From contig NC_043007.1 of assembly GCF_006345805.1 (NCBI RefSeq), positions 36,022,001-36,086,000 on the forward strand: DNA of 64,000 nucleotides, written 5' to 3'. Source of the DNA: Octopus sinensis (lineage: Eukaryota). The notes under the pieces were generated by a model, which was not told the origin of the DNA, did not search any database, and saw only the letters and a list, made by a program, of their open reading frames with translations. Numbering within the stretch: position 1 is the stretch's first letter; each line of letters opens with the position of its first letter. Shown here piece after piece: positions 62,970 to 64,000 of this stretch. A program made the translations under genes and the position numbers.

Positions 62970-63350
62970 CAATACTTAAATATTAGAAAGCCTTAGCTGT
63001 GAGAAGAAAATTTAAAAATACTAATACAGCAATGTCTTGATATACGAGTTAATTTGTTCCCGGAGCTCACTCGTAAAGCAGAGCGATAATTTCCCATAGT
63101 AGCATTGTTATAAATCGTAATTCGTTCCCGGAAAAATATTTTACCTATAAAACTTATAATACACGTAAATAAATAGCAATAAAACAATCGTAGAATGTAA
63201 AGAATATTTTATGTAAAGTAAAAAGAATGACAAGATCTTGTTGTATTTGGAGACGGTCATGTTGCCAGTGTAGCCAATAAAAACACACGCACTATATATT
63301 TGGTGTTAATTTGCTTCAGCTTTATTTTACTTTTTACATTATCGTATTTC

Positions 63351-63395
63351 GGCCAGAGTTCTTTCGTCACACTTCTGTGACCTCATCAGTGGTCC
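63351..63395 (-). ncRNA. Hammerhead-ribozyme-like motif, imperfect
   Basis: GGACCA-CUGAUGA-G-GUCACA(GAAG)UGUGAC-GAAAG-AA-CUC|UGGCC. Confidence 0.5.
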
Positions 63396-63499
63396 TTTGC
63401 TTTCTTCTTTCTTAATTGTGTGTCTTTCCTTACTAACAATCAGTCATTTTGATCATTTATAATAAAAAATATTATTATAATCATTTTCTGCACCACTTT

Positions 63500-63680
63500 C
63501 ACTCGCACTAGACTTGCGCACACCATCTCTTGTGGACGCGATCATCGATTCACAAGCACTCGTAGACGGACTTGTAGATTTCTTTTTAAAAAAGAAGTCT
63601 AGAGTTGTTTGCTTAGAAGAAGCTTTTGTTCGTCTCTATAAATTTCTCGGTAACACGCAGAATTTGGATCTTGTACTTAA
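63500..63680 (-). pseudogene. pogo/Tigger-like transposase C-terminal remnant
   Basis: ACYREIYRDEQK then, after frameshifts, QTTLDFFLK and KSTSPSTS; resembles the Tigger tail CYREI...QTSL..FKK...PST. Confidence 0.45.
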
Positions 63681-64000
63681 AAAAATTATTATAAAATAAA
63701 ACTCCTAAACCGGGTCTCGTAACGTGAAGTATTACTATATGCTTTCGGGAAAAGAAAAGGGGAAGGCTATTACAAACATACAAACACACACATAAACATA
63801 CACATATATACACATGTATACAAACACGTTTCCACACGCATATACACATGCACACACACATATACATGCACACACAAACACATTCTTAATATATACATAC
63901 ATACACACATGCATATATATATATGCATACATGCATACATACCTATATATATATCAGCCGAAATTGCGAGGATGATCCGGTTCTTGACTGAAGATTGAAG

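Overview
AT-rich, repeat-saturated animal genomic DNA. The SINE, MITE and microsatellite landscape suggests an octopod cephalopod (Octopus-like); this is inference and was not verified by search. I found no confident host protein-coding gene, and nearly all long ORFs in the track are artefacts of (TA/TG/CTA)n microsatellites. Well-supported content: (1) a very young Ty3/Gypsy (Mag-like) LTR retrotransposon at 25566-30095, with 238-bp LTRs identical by eye, a GTTAC TSD, PBS, PPT and a 1216-aa gag-pol ORF whose integrase tail lies in another frame; (2) a compact ~1.7-kb ORF1-only (half-LINE-like) element at ~39436-41124, with an RRM-like region and a frameshift-split CCHC knuckle, whose 3' end matches the tail of the most abundant SINE family here; (3) six copies of a hAT-type MITE carrying TTAGGG repeats, four with 8-bp TSDs and two flanked instead by ~93-bp and ~285-bp direct duplications; (4) four non-autonomous Helitrons; (5) one canonical and one imperfect hammerhead ribozyme motif of Penelope type; (6) RTE and CR1-like LINE remnants, including 3' fragments carrying C2H2 zinc fingers; (7) several modular tRNA-headed SINE families, Tc1/mariner-, piggyBac- and Harbinger-like MITEs, and many tandem and inverted duplications. 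All alignments, identities and counts were made by eye.
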